Shown: piece after piece, positions 37,779 through 50,819 of the stretch
How the letters are laid out: every line of letters begins with the position of its first letter
Numbering within the stretch: position 1 is the first letter of the stretch
From: Eledone cirrhosa
Taxonomy: Eukaryota
Direction: 5' to 3'
NCBI GenBank assembly: GCA_964016885.1
Contig: OZ024753.1
Location: forward strand, 18,662,001-18,726,000
Length of the DNA: 64,000 bases
The notes under the pieces: generated by a model
Told to the model about the DNA's origin: nothing
Seen by the model: only the letters and a program-made list of their open reading frames with translations
Database searches by the model: none
Program-made: the position numbers and the translations under genes

Positions 37779-40700
37779 GGCCACCGTTGTGGTCAGTGTC
37801 CGATAATCGGACGTGTGTAATTACGGCTTACATGAAGGCAACATACCATATATTGGAAAAAGTTGAGCTACATTACGCGGTAAGATTACATACAATAATT
37901 CTACATAAGTGTTTGAACTGTAAGTGTGTTGTAAAACACCTATTCATATGAACGATACATACACTTATGATATATGAACGATACATACACTTTAACATAT
38001 AAATGCAACGTTGTTATATTACATTTATAAAGAAATATACAAGTAACGTTTTCGATTCAGAAACAGAAACATAAGTGTTTGAACTGTGAATATGTTGTGA
38101 ATAAGTGTAGAACACCTATTTATATGAATGATACATAAACTTTAACATATAAATACAGCGTTGTTATATTATATTACATTCATAAAGTAATATAGTAAGT
38201 AACGGATCTTTTTGTTCTCGATTCAAACGATTCAAGAACAACGTTTAAAACACAGTTGTAGAATTAAAAACTAACTGAAAAGAAATATTACCCAAGCTGT
38301 GAATAACTTTAAATTTGATTCTGACAGAACTTTGTCGACACTTTTAAAGAAGATCATCGACTATTTTGAAAAATAAATACGAAATATTAGTGAATAGACG
38401 AACTCATCATGGCAAAAAGTACAAGTCTCCGACCAAATCGCAACTACAACCGTTGTATACAGTGGAGCTACGAGCTTAAGAAAGAATTATATGAAGCATA
38501 CAAATAATCTGAACCCCAAAAGTTCGGTTTTATGCAAAGGCTAAAAACTTTATTGAACTCCAAACAATCAGAATTAGACTTTTCTCCAAAGCATTTAAAT
38601 GAACAGGCAAAACGTATCATTAGATGTAAATTGATACATCTAACGGAATTGAGTGATACTACAAATACAACCCTTGTAGACAACCACCCCACCTCCACTG
38701 ACAGACAAATAGAATGGCCAGCTAAATCTAACAGTCAACACATCACCAACAATTTTGCTGAAATCCATCCCACTTTCACGGAAGAACAGCGAGAAAGGTC
38801 AGCTAACTCTAGTAGTAATTGTCACCACATCAACAACGAGGCTGAAATTCATGACTCTACTGTACAAACAGAACACCAAAAACTTATGGACACCTTACAA
38901 GTGATATGGAACGAAATGTTTCAAGAGATACACAGCCTTAACGTGAGTAACAGACCATACAACACCAGAATCAGTAACGAAACCACTAAATTGGAATTGG
39001 AAGCGGTGAACGAAATAGCTGGCAATTATCTGAAGGCTATACGATCTGAAGGTGTAGAAACGACATTTGAAAGGCTTAATATTTTGTTATATGTTTCAGC
39101 TGTCACATTGCTATCATATAACACACATCTAAAACCACGCAATCAAGATACAAACAGAAAGCCTGAACCAGCGTGGATGCGAAATTTTAAAAGCAAAATG
39201 TTGTCCCTAAGACGAAGTATCTCACACATCGCAGTCGTTAAGAAATGCAATATAGAGAGCAACTTCACACGACATCAGAAAGACCTAAAAAAAAAGTTAG
39301 AGAGACGATGTGGAGATACAAAATTTAAAACTTTGAACTCCAAATTACACCAGTTGAAACAACAACTCACAGCTACAACATAAAGACTAAAATATAAGTC
39401 AACAGCACATAGACGACAAGTGCTAAATAGATTGTTTGCCAGAAATCCTAAATCAGTTTATCGCAGCTTCGGTGGCAAAAGCTCAATCCCTGTAAATGAC
39501 ACCCCTTCAAAAGAACAGGTTGAGAGCTACTGGAGATCTGTATGGGAAATTGATGACAGATTCAACAGACAAACTAATTGACTAAAAGAACTGGAACAGG
39601 ACTACTGCCAACATGTCCAGACAAAACAATATGACATAGATGGGTCAATACTGGAAACAGCTCTAGAGAAAATGTCGAATAGGAAATCGCCAGGCCCAGA
39701 CCTCATTACAGGATACTGGTTGAAGAATTTCACTTTCTATCGGCAAGATCTCATACGGCTGTTTACAGAAACCATTAAAGGCACACAAGAACTGCCCAGA
39801 TGGTTATCAACTGCCACTACTCTCCTCATTCCCCAAAATAGCCAAACCACCCTTGCTAAAAATTACCGCCCAATAGCCTGCCAAAACATCATGTATAAAT
39901 GATATACTGGTTGCCTTAACCTGTTCTTACAGGATCATTGTGCTACCAACAACATCATAACATCTGAGAAAGCTGGTGGAAAGAGGGAGGTGTGGGGTTG
40001 CATAGATCACCTACTAACTAACGAAATGATTCAGGAAAAAACAACAAAGAATCGCAGAAACATGACTGTTGTGTGGCTGGACTATCAAAAAGCATTTGAT
40101 AGTGTTCTTCATGGGTGGATTATTAAGGCTTTACAGTTAGCCAAAGTCCCACAACCATTGGTAGCTGCTGTTGAACGCCTGACCAAGAACTGGTACACCA
40201 ATTTGATCCTTAGAGGTGAGAAGGAGCAAGTTAAGACTGATAAGATACATTACCAGAAGGGCATCTTTCAGGGTTATAGCTTGTCAGTGCTACTCTTCGT
40301 TCTCTATCCACTATCTTACCTACTCATGAAACAAGGTGGACTAAGAAGTGGGTCCAGAAGTATCTCCCATCTTTTCTTTGTTGATGACCTGAAGTTGTAT
40401 GGGCCAAAAATCAATGACATCAAGAAACAATTGGACCTCATTACACAATTTTCAACCAACATCAATATGAAATTTGGTGAGTCCAAGTGTGCATATTTGG
40501 CAGTAAAACGTGGAAGAGCTGTGCCCTCCTCTAGAAATCTAGAGATGAACGGCCTGACAATACAACCTCTACAGTCAGGTGACAACTACAGATATCTTGG
40601 TCAGGATGAGAATGTCAGATATGATGGACCCATAAATAAGGAGAGAACCAGAACTGAATACCTCAAAAGAGTAAAGAAATATGGTCATCAGAACTGTCAG

Positions 40701-42052
40701 CGTACAACAAATACATTGCCCACAATACTTATGCCCCTGCCAATTCTAACGCCAACATTTGGCCTGCTGACCTGGTCATTGCAAGAACTAAGTGAGATGG
40801 ATGTTAGAACTCGCAAACTTCTCAGTGTTACTGGGAACTTTAACATCAATAGTGATGTGGATAGGCTATACTTCTCACGCAAGGAAGGTGGCCGGGGTCT
40901 AAAATCAATATTAACAACATATGAGACCCGGATAGTAACACTGAAGCAACACCTTCAACAGAGGAAAAAGGTTGGCAACCATCTTGCCCAGGTTTATGAG
41001 CATGAAAAAAAAAATCATTAGAATAGCGACTGATCTGGAGAAGAGATACGGAATAAAGCCTAATATAAATCTCTCACCCAGAGAAATCGGAAGATTCTAT
41101 TCAATGTTCAAACAAGATAAAAAAATTGACCAATTTACAGGAAAAGGTGTGCATGGATACTTGAGACGTAAAACACAGACCATAGAGGGGATAAACCACT
41201 CAAAAGGCCTGGCATGGAGTTCCGACAAGTTTATGACATCACACCTTGAGGGATATCTCTATGCAATACAGGAACAAGAACTCCCTACCAAATATCTGCT
41301 GCACAAAACAGGAGGGCCAGCAGCTGACAATAATTGTAGGTTATGTAAAACAAAGATCGAGGATGTAAGCCACATTGTTGCCGGCTGCGAAAGAATGTCA
41401 TCTCGCTACTACCTCCCCATGAGACACGATGGGATAGCTAGAACCGTCTGGAACGCACTTCGGAAAACAAAATTAACAACAAACGAGGAAGAATATATTG
41501 AGACAGATGGCACTAAGGAATACTGGTGGAACCTGAAAATAAAAACTGCCACCAAATTAAAGCACAACCGGCCTGATATTGTTGTTTGGGACCACACATT
41601 GAAAACGTGTTCTGTTGTGGAGATCAGCTGCCCACTTGAAGTAAATGTTGTCAGAAAAATACAGGCGGAGGACATCTACGGACCATTGATGAGGAGTTTA
41701 CAAATCCAGTATCGAAGATACACCTTTAGCTTCATACCCATCATTATTGGAGCTACGGGTTATATACCAACCCGCTTGGACCAAAGTATGACTGAACTTG
41801 GATTTGCGGACAAAAAGCGCAGCTCCCTAATTCATAGTCTACAAATGGCTGCGATAGCTGGCACCTTCAAAATTTGCAAAACATTCTTGCGATTCAAGGG
41901 ATGACAATTTCTTTTCTGTTACAACCTTGCCACCACATACATATCTACCTAGTTGATGTTGTGTAAATTCCAATGAGAGAGTCTTGTGTCTATGTTAGAA
42001 ACCGACTCTCTCTCTAATGGGAAAACTTTGTGAAATTATAAAACCAGAAAAA
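37779..42052 (+). mobile_element. R4/Dong-type non-LTR retrotransposon (RT + RLE), near full length, decayed
   Basis: Single-ORF layout, 5' UTR with ~140-bp tandem duplication (37903-38048/38069-38205), 3' UTR ending in (CATA)n; 5' boundary approximate. Confidence 0.8.
38409..41904 (+). pseudogene. R4/Dong ORF: RT, CCHC knuckle, restriction-like endonuclease
   Basis: KSPGPD, NYRPIAC, DYQKAFDSV, GIFQG.SLS, FVDD, YRYLG, RKEGGRGL, CRLC..EDVSHIVAGC, RHD, RPDIV, EISCP. Stops at ~38505, 39381, 39579, 39900; compensating frameshifts ~40678/40735; frameshift in the A-run ~41005. Confidence 0.9.
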
Positions 42053-42439
42053 CATACATACATACATACATACACACATACATGTGTGCGTGTATGTGTG
42101 TATGTGCGTGTGTGTGTGTGTGTGTGTGTGTACGTGTGCGTGTGTGTTTGTGTATGTCTGTGTGCGTGTGTGTGTGTGTTTGTGTGTATATATATATATA
42201 CCATAAATTAAATCATTTTTTATGTTTTCTACTATACTACCTTATAAATATACTAACAACAACGGTTGATTCTAGATGTTCTAATTTCCATAAATCTGAA
42301 TATCATACGATTACATTCTTAATGAATTTATAATAGGAAATCTAATTATAATAGGCATCCGAATGACACAAACAGAATATTTATAAGTACACCTGACCAA
42401 CAGTACAGACAAACATTCCCTTTCATCGAGATTGTGATT

Positions 42440-42587
42440 ATAATTGTTTCTACTTTTGCCACAAGGCCAGCAATTATCCAGTGCATTACTGGTACTTTAT
42501 TTTATCGACCCCGTAAGGATGAAAGGCAAAGTTAACCCCGGCGGGATTTGAACTCATATCATAAAGGGACGTAACTCTATGCTTCAA
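42440..42587 (-). mobile_element. 5'-truncated tRNA-derived SINE
   Basis: Homology to other copies; perfect 16-bp TSD AGATTGTGATTATAAT. Confidence 0.85.
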
Positions 42588-44848
42588 GATTGTGATTATA
42601 ATGTTAATAAAATCAGCTGTTGTATGATTTCAAGAGCTAATAAATGCGATCAATGGGAAATCTAAAGTGCTTGGCATATATTTTGTATGGCCCAAAACTT
42701 ACGATGGAGTTGTATGGGTGCCATATTTGTATACGGCGTTTCTAGAAAATGTGTTAAACATGGCGGAGCTCATCTCATCTCCAAGTTTGAATACAGAAGA
42801 TTTTATTCTAGAGAAGATTAGTGCGAGAGGAAGAGTTATAAAGGAAGTATGGGCCCCGGTATTGGAGTGGTAATTTCTTATCAATCTCAAGTGGATGAAA
42901 AACAAATTTGAACTCTGCATGATTTGAACTCAGACTAGTGATTCGGATCGAATACCGCACAGAATTGTATCTGACGTTCCAACTCTACTAATTCGCCTTT
43001 CTGGCAGATATAAAAGGCCAGCATCTAGCTAATAGTTTACTGCACTTTTTTTATTGTTTCAATTTCTAAATAGCTCTCAGTATAATCAAATGAAATATGA
43101 AACTAGGATTAATATAATTTTACAATAATTTTTATCTGATGAAATTACTTGAAAGTACTTCAATATACTACAACTCTATGCGAGTCGTATGTTCAAACTA
43201 ATATGAATTTATAATCCCTCTACGTTGCGCTACTGTATTTATATTAATGTTCACGTATGGATGATGTATAATAATATAGTGTACTATATACTGATATAGT
43301 TTACTCCAGTATATGACTGATTTATTGTATCACGGAACAGGAGTGAGGAATTGTAAAAAAATAAACGTATTTGAATTTTCTATGTATTTCTAAATAAATA
43401 AACTGCTATTTAACTTCGAATGAAATAGTTTAAGATATCACTCTATCCACTATCATATACACTTTTAATATTATAATCTGAATGTCGGTCAAATCTTCTG
43501 TTAGACAAATATATTAAGATATTAGAGTCATATTGCAGTCATATCTATCATGGAAAACATAAAGTGATGATGTAATAATTGCAGAAACGAACCAAACTTG
43601 GTTTTTCCAAGAATAAGTGGTGAAAATTGTTTTTCATCTCAATTCCTTATTTCGTTACTTCCATTCAATCTTCTGTAGTCAATAATACATGTACGGGATG
43701 TATAATATGAGCAACTTAATCCGATAAACCGCTTTCCTTCTAAACCAGTTATGTCTCTGAATATGTGAGATGATGACAAAATGAATATTTCATTCTGGTT
43801 CAGTTCCTCTTAAAGGCAAATCGTTTTCATCACAAAACTGTCTTAAGAAATCATTCAAGTCATAAATCCATACTTCCTTTATATATTATCCCGCACGTTT
43901 ATCAGTTTAAAATCTGGCGTCTTAATTAGACATGTTGAATCAAGTCTGAATATTTATTCCAGCTCTTTATTTAAGGTGTCTTTATTACTCAGGCCACTAA
44001 TCACCCAGACTAAGATATGAATATGGCGATGTCTCATCTTATTTTTCAATGGGGGATATGGGTCTAAGTTTAACCAATAAAATGAATATTCAAATGTGTA
44101 TGTTTGTTATACACCAGAAATACATATAAATGAAACGCTGATCAGGAATTTCTGCCAGACATCGATTTCCGTCAATGGATTTCTTACATCATATATGATT
44201 CAGATAGAATAGCTGGCAATATTGTAGCATTAAATCCCGTCTGATGCGAGTTGTTTAATCTTTTTCATCACAAATTCCGTCAGGTGAATCCACCTTTAAC
44301 CGCAATTTCCGTCTCCAATTACATAGTTTATAGTTTCACTTAATGACCCTCTAGTTTCATAAGGACATTTCTATTGGAAATGGCAGCCGTAAAATGGAAT
44401 CCAAGTCATCGAATATTACTAACTATGGATTTATGACTATAATGATGTTCTTAAGTCTAATACCTGTGTAATGAAAACGATTTACCTTTGAGAAGAATCG
44501 AACCAGCATGAAATATTCGTTTATTCATACATTTCACGTTTATACAGAAGAGTGTTACTTTACATTCATATAAACACTTAGTCTAAGGGTTAATTTATCT
44601 CACTTCTAGGTTTTCCCTTCTAACTTGATTTTAAAATTGGTAGAGCAACGGACAATATTAATTAGGTCGTGCTAATCTCAAGATTAGTTTCTTCTTCCAT
44701 CCTCGCTAGTCAATTGTCCCAACTATCCCCGTTTAATATATTGTGTTAATTGAAATTTTAGATGTGTCGCACAATTCTGTAGGAGACGAAACATTCTTAG
44801 CGAGGTAATATGACATCGAATCAAATTTATTATACGACAAATAAGATT

Positions 44849-45040
44849 GATTGGCAGTATCTGTAAAGCATCGGACACCCTGCTTCGCGAGATAGAGTTA
44901 CGTTCAACTCCCGCCGAGTTTAGCTTGGCCTTTCATATTTAAGTGATGATAAAATAAAGTACCAGCAACGCACTGGGGTCATTTTGGTTGACATTTGCCT
45001 CTCCCAAAAGTGTTGACCTTGTGCCTAATTCAAAACCCTT
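44849..45040 (+). mobile_element. Older diverged SINE subfamily copy
   Basis: TTGGCAGTATC...GTTCAACTCCCGCCGAG...GATAAAATAAAGTACCAG...CCTTGTGCCTAA. Confidence 0.7.
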
Positions 45041-46498
45041 ATGGCCCAAATATAACGATTCTTATACATACCATATCCCTGCACGCACATAATCTGAAGA
45101 TTAAGTCTTACTGAAGCGATCATATTAAATTATTAGATGCTACTTCCTGCCTAATGTTTTCCCTCATATCTACATATATTTGAATACAAGTTCAGACAAG
45201 AAGACATGTCATTACACAGACTAACATTGAATATATGTAATAATTATAACGTGCAATGAATTGGTAGAGTTAATAGAATATCTTATAGTCGTCATTGTAA
45301 TCTCTGCATTCCACCAAGGTAAAATATATATTTCACTCTTTCGAGATCTATTAAGAACATATCAGTAATAGCATCAGTTCTCCCTCTATATCTTATCCTT
45401 ACTTCCTTTCTAATGACAAATACCACAATACATTTGCTGCCATATAGCAAGCCAACTATATACAGCAAGATATTTAAATGACAAGGGAGGTAGATGAAAA
45501 TAAAATCCATAATCTGTTGATATCTGAAAGGTATTTATGTTTCATTTGTAACTAATGAAATCATTGATTCGGTCAAAATTTCATATAAACTAAATGGTAA
45601 ACAAGCAATAATAAAATTTCACAACCTGTTCGAAGAGTAGCTATTTAATCTTTTGCAAACTCGAAAACATTTCAAGTATTATTACATCCGATTTGTTTGT
45701 TGTGAATTCATATTCGTAACCTGTAATATACGAAGTTGGAAGCCATGAACAATAAGATAAGTAGGATGTAATGTATAATAAGATAAACACTTTGTGAAAC
45801 CATTACTCACTGTTTAAATGTCAAGAAACATGAATTTCTATGTGCATAGAATCTGGTAGTATATGCACTATTGTTGTTATAATCACTTAATAAACAATTA
45901 ATGTTTGAGATGAGTGACCAGTGCAATATAGAAACGTCAATATGTTATTGCAGTAATACAGTGTATTGTCAGAATAATTAGAATATCAAACACAACGCTC
46001 TCGGTATATACTCTTCTTCTTTTGTTCTTTTTCTACACGGTGGAACATTAGGAAGACGATAGATCCCTATCTTTGTTTTGGGCTCGCTCCCAGGTTAGGT
46101 TTCTGATCGCCATTTTACTTGCAATATTGATTAATAGAAGTAAGGTTGCTAGCCACACACTTCTTCCATCTTCCCTTGTCAACATAGGTCGGAAACTAAC
46201 CTAGCGTTTCAAAACACATACACATGAGCTGAAATGAAGTAAAACTGCTTTTGTTCGACATCTGACTCCCGTTGTTTAGATTTATCAAACAAAGCAATTT
46301 CTGGTGACATTAGGTTTCTTTAGGTAATCATGGAAATTGTGGATTGCTACAGTATGAACAATCCCTACGGAGACAAGCCAGTTAGTTTTGTTTCTGAGGC
46401 CATAGGGAAGTGCTCTGACCAGGATGCTCCAATTAATACTAGGAGTTATATTCCTTGATCACAGTGAGTTTGAATTTGCATTTTAACTGTTACTAAAT

Positions 46499-46690
46499 GC
46501 GGTGGATTGGAAATATCCGTAGAGCGTCAGACACCATGCTATGCAGCATAGAGTTATGGCCTTTTACGTTCTGAGTTCAAATCCCGCTTAGATTAACATT
46601 GTCTTTCATCCTCACGGGGTCGATAAAATAGAGCACCAGTAATGCACTGGGGTAATTGTTTGTCTTGTGCCAAAAGTAGAAACAATTATT
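46499..46690 (+). mobile_element. tRNA-derived SINE
   Basis: B-box GAGTTCAAATCC; homology to other copies. Confidence 0.85.
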
Positions 46691-47953
46691 ACTGTTTCTA
46701 AATGAGTGTGCATGTTGTGTAAATCTACTCTTGTTATAATTGCTGTGGGGCTAGCTCTGTAGACAACATCGTTTAAGCGTCAGACTCAAATCAGAGAACA
46801 ATTTACAGTGTTTCGGCTGCTACAGATTGTTGTATCTGTCATAGTATGTAGTGTTTCGTTTGTTTTTCGGTAATGGCGTGTGTTATTATGATCGATGAAA
46901 TCTAAACAGATTTAGCTTAAGAAAGGTGAATAGCTTATGATATATGTCGTTGTATAGGAAGTGTATTTACCTCAAAGCAGGCATTGCGCTCCACACACTT
47001 CTTTTCCTTCTCGCTCTCTCACTCAATATTTTTATCTCTTTCCCCTCTTTCTTCATTAATACATCTATGTCTGTCTAATTATACTTTGTAAAGGAGTAAA
47101 ACACAAGAAGGCAACCATTTAAATTGTGTGTGGGAATCCGTATAGTATGATTATATATGAAGTAAATAATATATGGTGCGGGCTACGTAAGTGCCTAACG
47201 ACACAGTCAACAACCTAGGAGAGAAATCATTCGGTGACCTTTCAAAGATACGAAAGATACGTTAATGGAAATACTGTACAAAAAGAACATGAGAAATAAT
47301 TATACTGAACTACATAGTATTTTACTGTCATTATCCATTTCGAACACGATGACTTCCAATCTATTCAGGTCTCTGTCATCACCAGACGTAGTTGTATGGG
47401 ATGACATATTTACGTGTCTTTTTTTTATGCGAGGGATTAGTATGTGTAAGTGCTTATGTACAATCCTACTTCTTTTATACGTGTCTATTAATCTGTCGTC
47501 ATTTCTCACTTTCTTTACAATTCCCTTCTTTCAATATGGTTATTATATTAGCTCCGAGTGAATTTCTCTTTATTAAATTCCAGAATGTACACGATATGAT
47601 ATCGATGTCTGCATCCATTTAGCTCATTAGATGAATTTAGATTCTGCAGAATAAGAATTATTTGTTCAACCAATATCTCTACCATATTATCTTGGTATTT
47701 CAAAGGAAGAACCCGCAAGCCATGGAAGCCATTTCCATTGCAGTTTTGTGGAGAACTTGGTAAGTGTTATCTCTTTAATGTATACGTAAACATGTTTTAC
47801 ATGGAAATAACAACCTTTCTCACTCACTTTCTCTCTTCGTCTATCTACCCCCCCCCCTCTCATATATATATATATATACTACATTCAAAGGGATATATGT
47901 ATATTGAAAATGCTGGAGAGAACAACAAAGATTTAATAATCCATATATATATT

Positions 47954-49138
47954 TAATGGCTGACAAGTTGTTTCAAATACTGCACAGTAAGAAAGAACAT
48001 AGATGTTGAGATATTGAATATAAATCGAATATAAATCGAATATAAATCTAGCTAAATCACCATCTTACAAATGGCTTAAAGACCACTGTGAACTTTACTT
48101 ATCTGAAGTGTATTTTATAACATCTAAACCATGCCCAATTAATGATCGCAATGAAATACTTATTAATTGCCATCATCGATTAGCTTACTCTTTTACTAAC
48201 TGGACTGTCGACCGTACATATTTACTCCTAATTTAGTTCTACATCTCCCCTTCCCTTATCTTACCTATTGTTCTTTTATTTCTAAATCCCCCCTCTCATT
48301 TTACTAATTTTACACTGATACACTTTACCTACACCTCCATACTAATTGTTCCCTCCCTTATCCTTTCTAAACCTTACTCATTCCAGAGTTTTACTTCTCC
48401 CATCTTATACTGTAGTAATACCTCCAATCCTTAAATCTATCTTTGATCCCCTTTAAAATAATACTTTAACTATCCTTTTCACATTCCCTTAAACTATTTT
48501 CTATTTCTTAGTTTTCATCTATAATACCTCTTATAACATTACACTCTATTACCTACATACACCTTCGACCTTATCTCCCCTATTTAATGTAACTATCTTT
48601 TAGTATTTCAATAGGTTTAAGACACACTAACTCCTACTAATAGTTATTATTACTTCCACATGTTTCAACTGTCTTACATCTTCCTATTAATAACTTGTCA
48701 TAGTTTCTATTCCTCTTCGCTAAACTTATCCTTTATTTTTAATGTATCCCTAACATTTTCTCAACCTTTTATTATCATCCTTGCTTTTCTCATTTTTAAA
48801 ATCATTCTCTTTATTTTTGACTAAGCAGCAATACTTAATTATCTCCCCTTTTCATTAATGTTATTTACTTCTTAAATTTCAAACCAACACAAAATGGCTG
48901 CTATAATTCTTTTTTACTTCCAACCATTTAACATCAACATTCCACATTTAAAGTTGGTCTTTCACTTTGGTGATATGTTCTGATTTATGAGTTGATATGT
49001 TATAAGGAATTTCTTTCAGGCTCTGGTGATAATATCGACACATTTATTTATTTTTAATGGACTAATATCGAATTATATTGGATATCTCAACATCTATGTC
49101 CATTCTTACTGTACAGTATTTGAAACAACTTGTGATCC

Positions 49139-49142
<4 letters not shown>
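47954..49142. mobile_element. Putative non-autonomous TIR element (~1.2 kb, ~75-bp imperfect TIRs)
   Basis: TAATGGCTGACAAGTTGTTTCAAATACTGCACAGTAAGAAAGAACATAGATGTTGAGATAT vs reverse complement at 49066-49142; TA-rich flanks. Confidence 0.65.
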
Positions 49143-49189
<47 letters not shown>

Positions 49190-49634
49190 CCATAAATCTT
49201 TGTTGATCTCCTGCTTTGCTTATTATACATTGTTAAACTATCTCTTTCTATCTACTTGTATGTTTCGCTAGTCGAGCAAACTATATGTATTAAGCACACT
49301 AACTCTCTCTCTCTCTCCTGGCCAGTAATCTACATAACTAATCATCTTTCTCTCATCCCGATTAGCTTACTTCCTTTTTACCTGCTATATATATAGGTGT
49401 GAGTGTGTGTGTGTGTGAATACATGTTTTGGGGTCAACCCGTATATATATATATATTATATCCCTTCCATATACTGTACCGATTGTATTGTTATTTCTGT
49501 TTACCTTTTACACACACACACATATATATATATATATTAAAAGAACAGATTAAAATTTAAGCATTGCTTAAACATTAATCTGTTATTTTAATAAATATTT
49601 GCTCTACAGGTATTTATATATATATATATATATA

Positions 49635-50208
49635 AGAAAATTGGAGCGCTGCGTGGTTGCATATGAATAAAATTAATCCTTCATCAGTGATCTTCCAACT
49701 TTCATTGGTATTTCATCGCTTTAAAATTCATATACCTCTAGTTGGTGCGATTAATAACAAATAAAGTTATTGGAACAAGTAAAATAGGGTGAAACGAGCG
49801 AGACATGTAAACAAACAACGATGGTATGGCAACGGAAAGATAGGAAGAGACAAGCACATGAAATCTGTAAGATTAAGCTTGGTGAATTCATGAGCGAGAG
49901 ATACAGACCATCCGACATGGGTGAGATGTGAGCGAGAAAAAGGATTTCACACAGGTCAAGCGGGAGGAAGTGAGAGAGGGGGAGAAGCAGAGAGTGAGTG
50001 AGTGGAAGTGTGAGGTAGATATCAGCAGGGAGAGAGAGTGTGTGACTGGCAGAGGGGGTAAAAAGAGGTGAGAGAGTAAGAAAGAAACAGACAATCGCAG
50101 CTGATAAAAAATATAACTATGAGAAAAATGGAGCGCTTCGTGGTTGCACATGGGTTACATATGAATAAAATTAGTCCTTCATCAGTGATCTTGCAACTTT
50201 CCAACCAA
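49635..50208 (-). repeat. ~570-bp unit with ~70-bp terminal direct repeats containing CTGATGA on the minus strand
   Basis: 49635-49703 vs 50122-50201; (TA)n on both sides. Confidence 0.65.
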
Positions 50209-50347
50209 TATATATATATATATATATATTTAGGGAAGCAGAAAATTGCTTATTGTGATCCAGTTCATGGTTAAGAAAGCCAGTTTCATGGATTGTTTCA
50301 ACGTACGGTTGTAGAATTCCGTTCAATCTTGTAGTATAAAGTATAAA

Positions 50348-50779
50348 ATATAAAAGAGAAAACACAGGTAAGCATTAAGAGAAGGATTTTATCCAGGTAT
50401 TTACGACCGTTTCATTGGTAAGTGCAACCTTATATTGCTATACTGCAAATAGCAGCCACTCAATTTTATTATTGTTCACAGTCCAAATTTTAAAAATAGT
50501 GCGTAAGTTACTCTTGAAATAGTTCTTAATATATAGAGAAAAACATTTTTGGGGAATTGTATTTACTAGTATAGAGAGAGAGAAGAATCAGAAGGTGAGG
50601 GGACAAACGGAATAGTATAGAGAGAGAGGAAGAGGGAAGAGTTAGGAAGTAGAGTGACAAACTGAGATGGAGGGAGGGGTAGAGCTGGAAGGATTCCTAG
50701 ATCAGTTTTGATATGTAGACTTCATGTCGTGGAATGTAGTGAGTTAAAGAGTATTGAATTGATTACAGGGGGGGGGGGG

Positions 50780-50819
<40 letters not shown>

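Noticed and set aside
39570-39905. In-frame TGA codons in the R4 ORF as recoding sites
   Set aside because: The element also has TAA stops and frameshifts; ordinary decay
42667-42873. IKEVWA resemblance to the CAF1/CNOT7 N-terminus
   Set aside because: Six residues only, stop follows, no DEDD motifs
50685-50730. SECIS-like ATGAA-11 nt-AAAA on the minus strand (also ~51990 plus)
   Set aside because: 3' arm too short and no properly registered GA quartet
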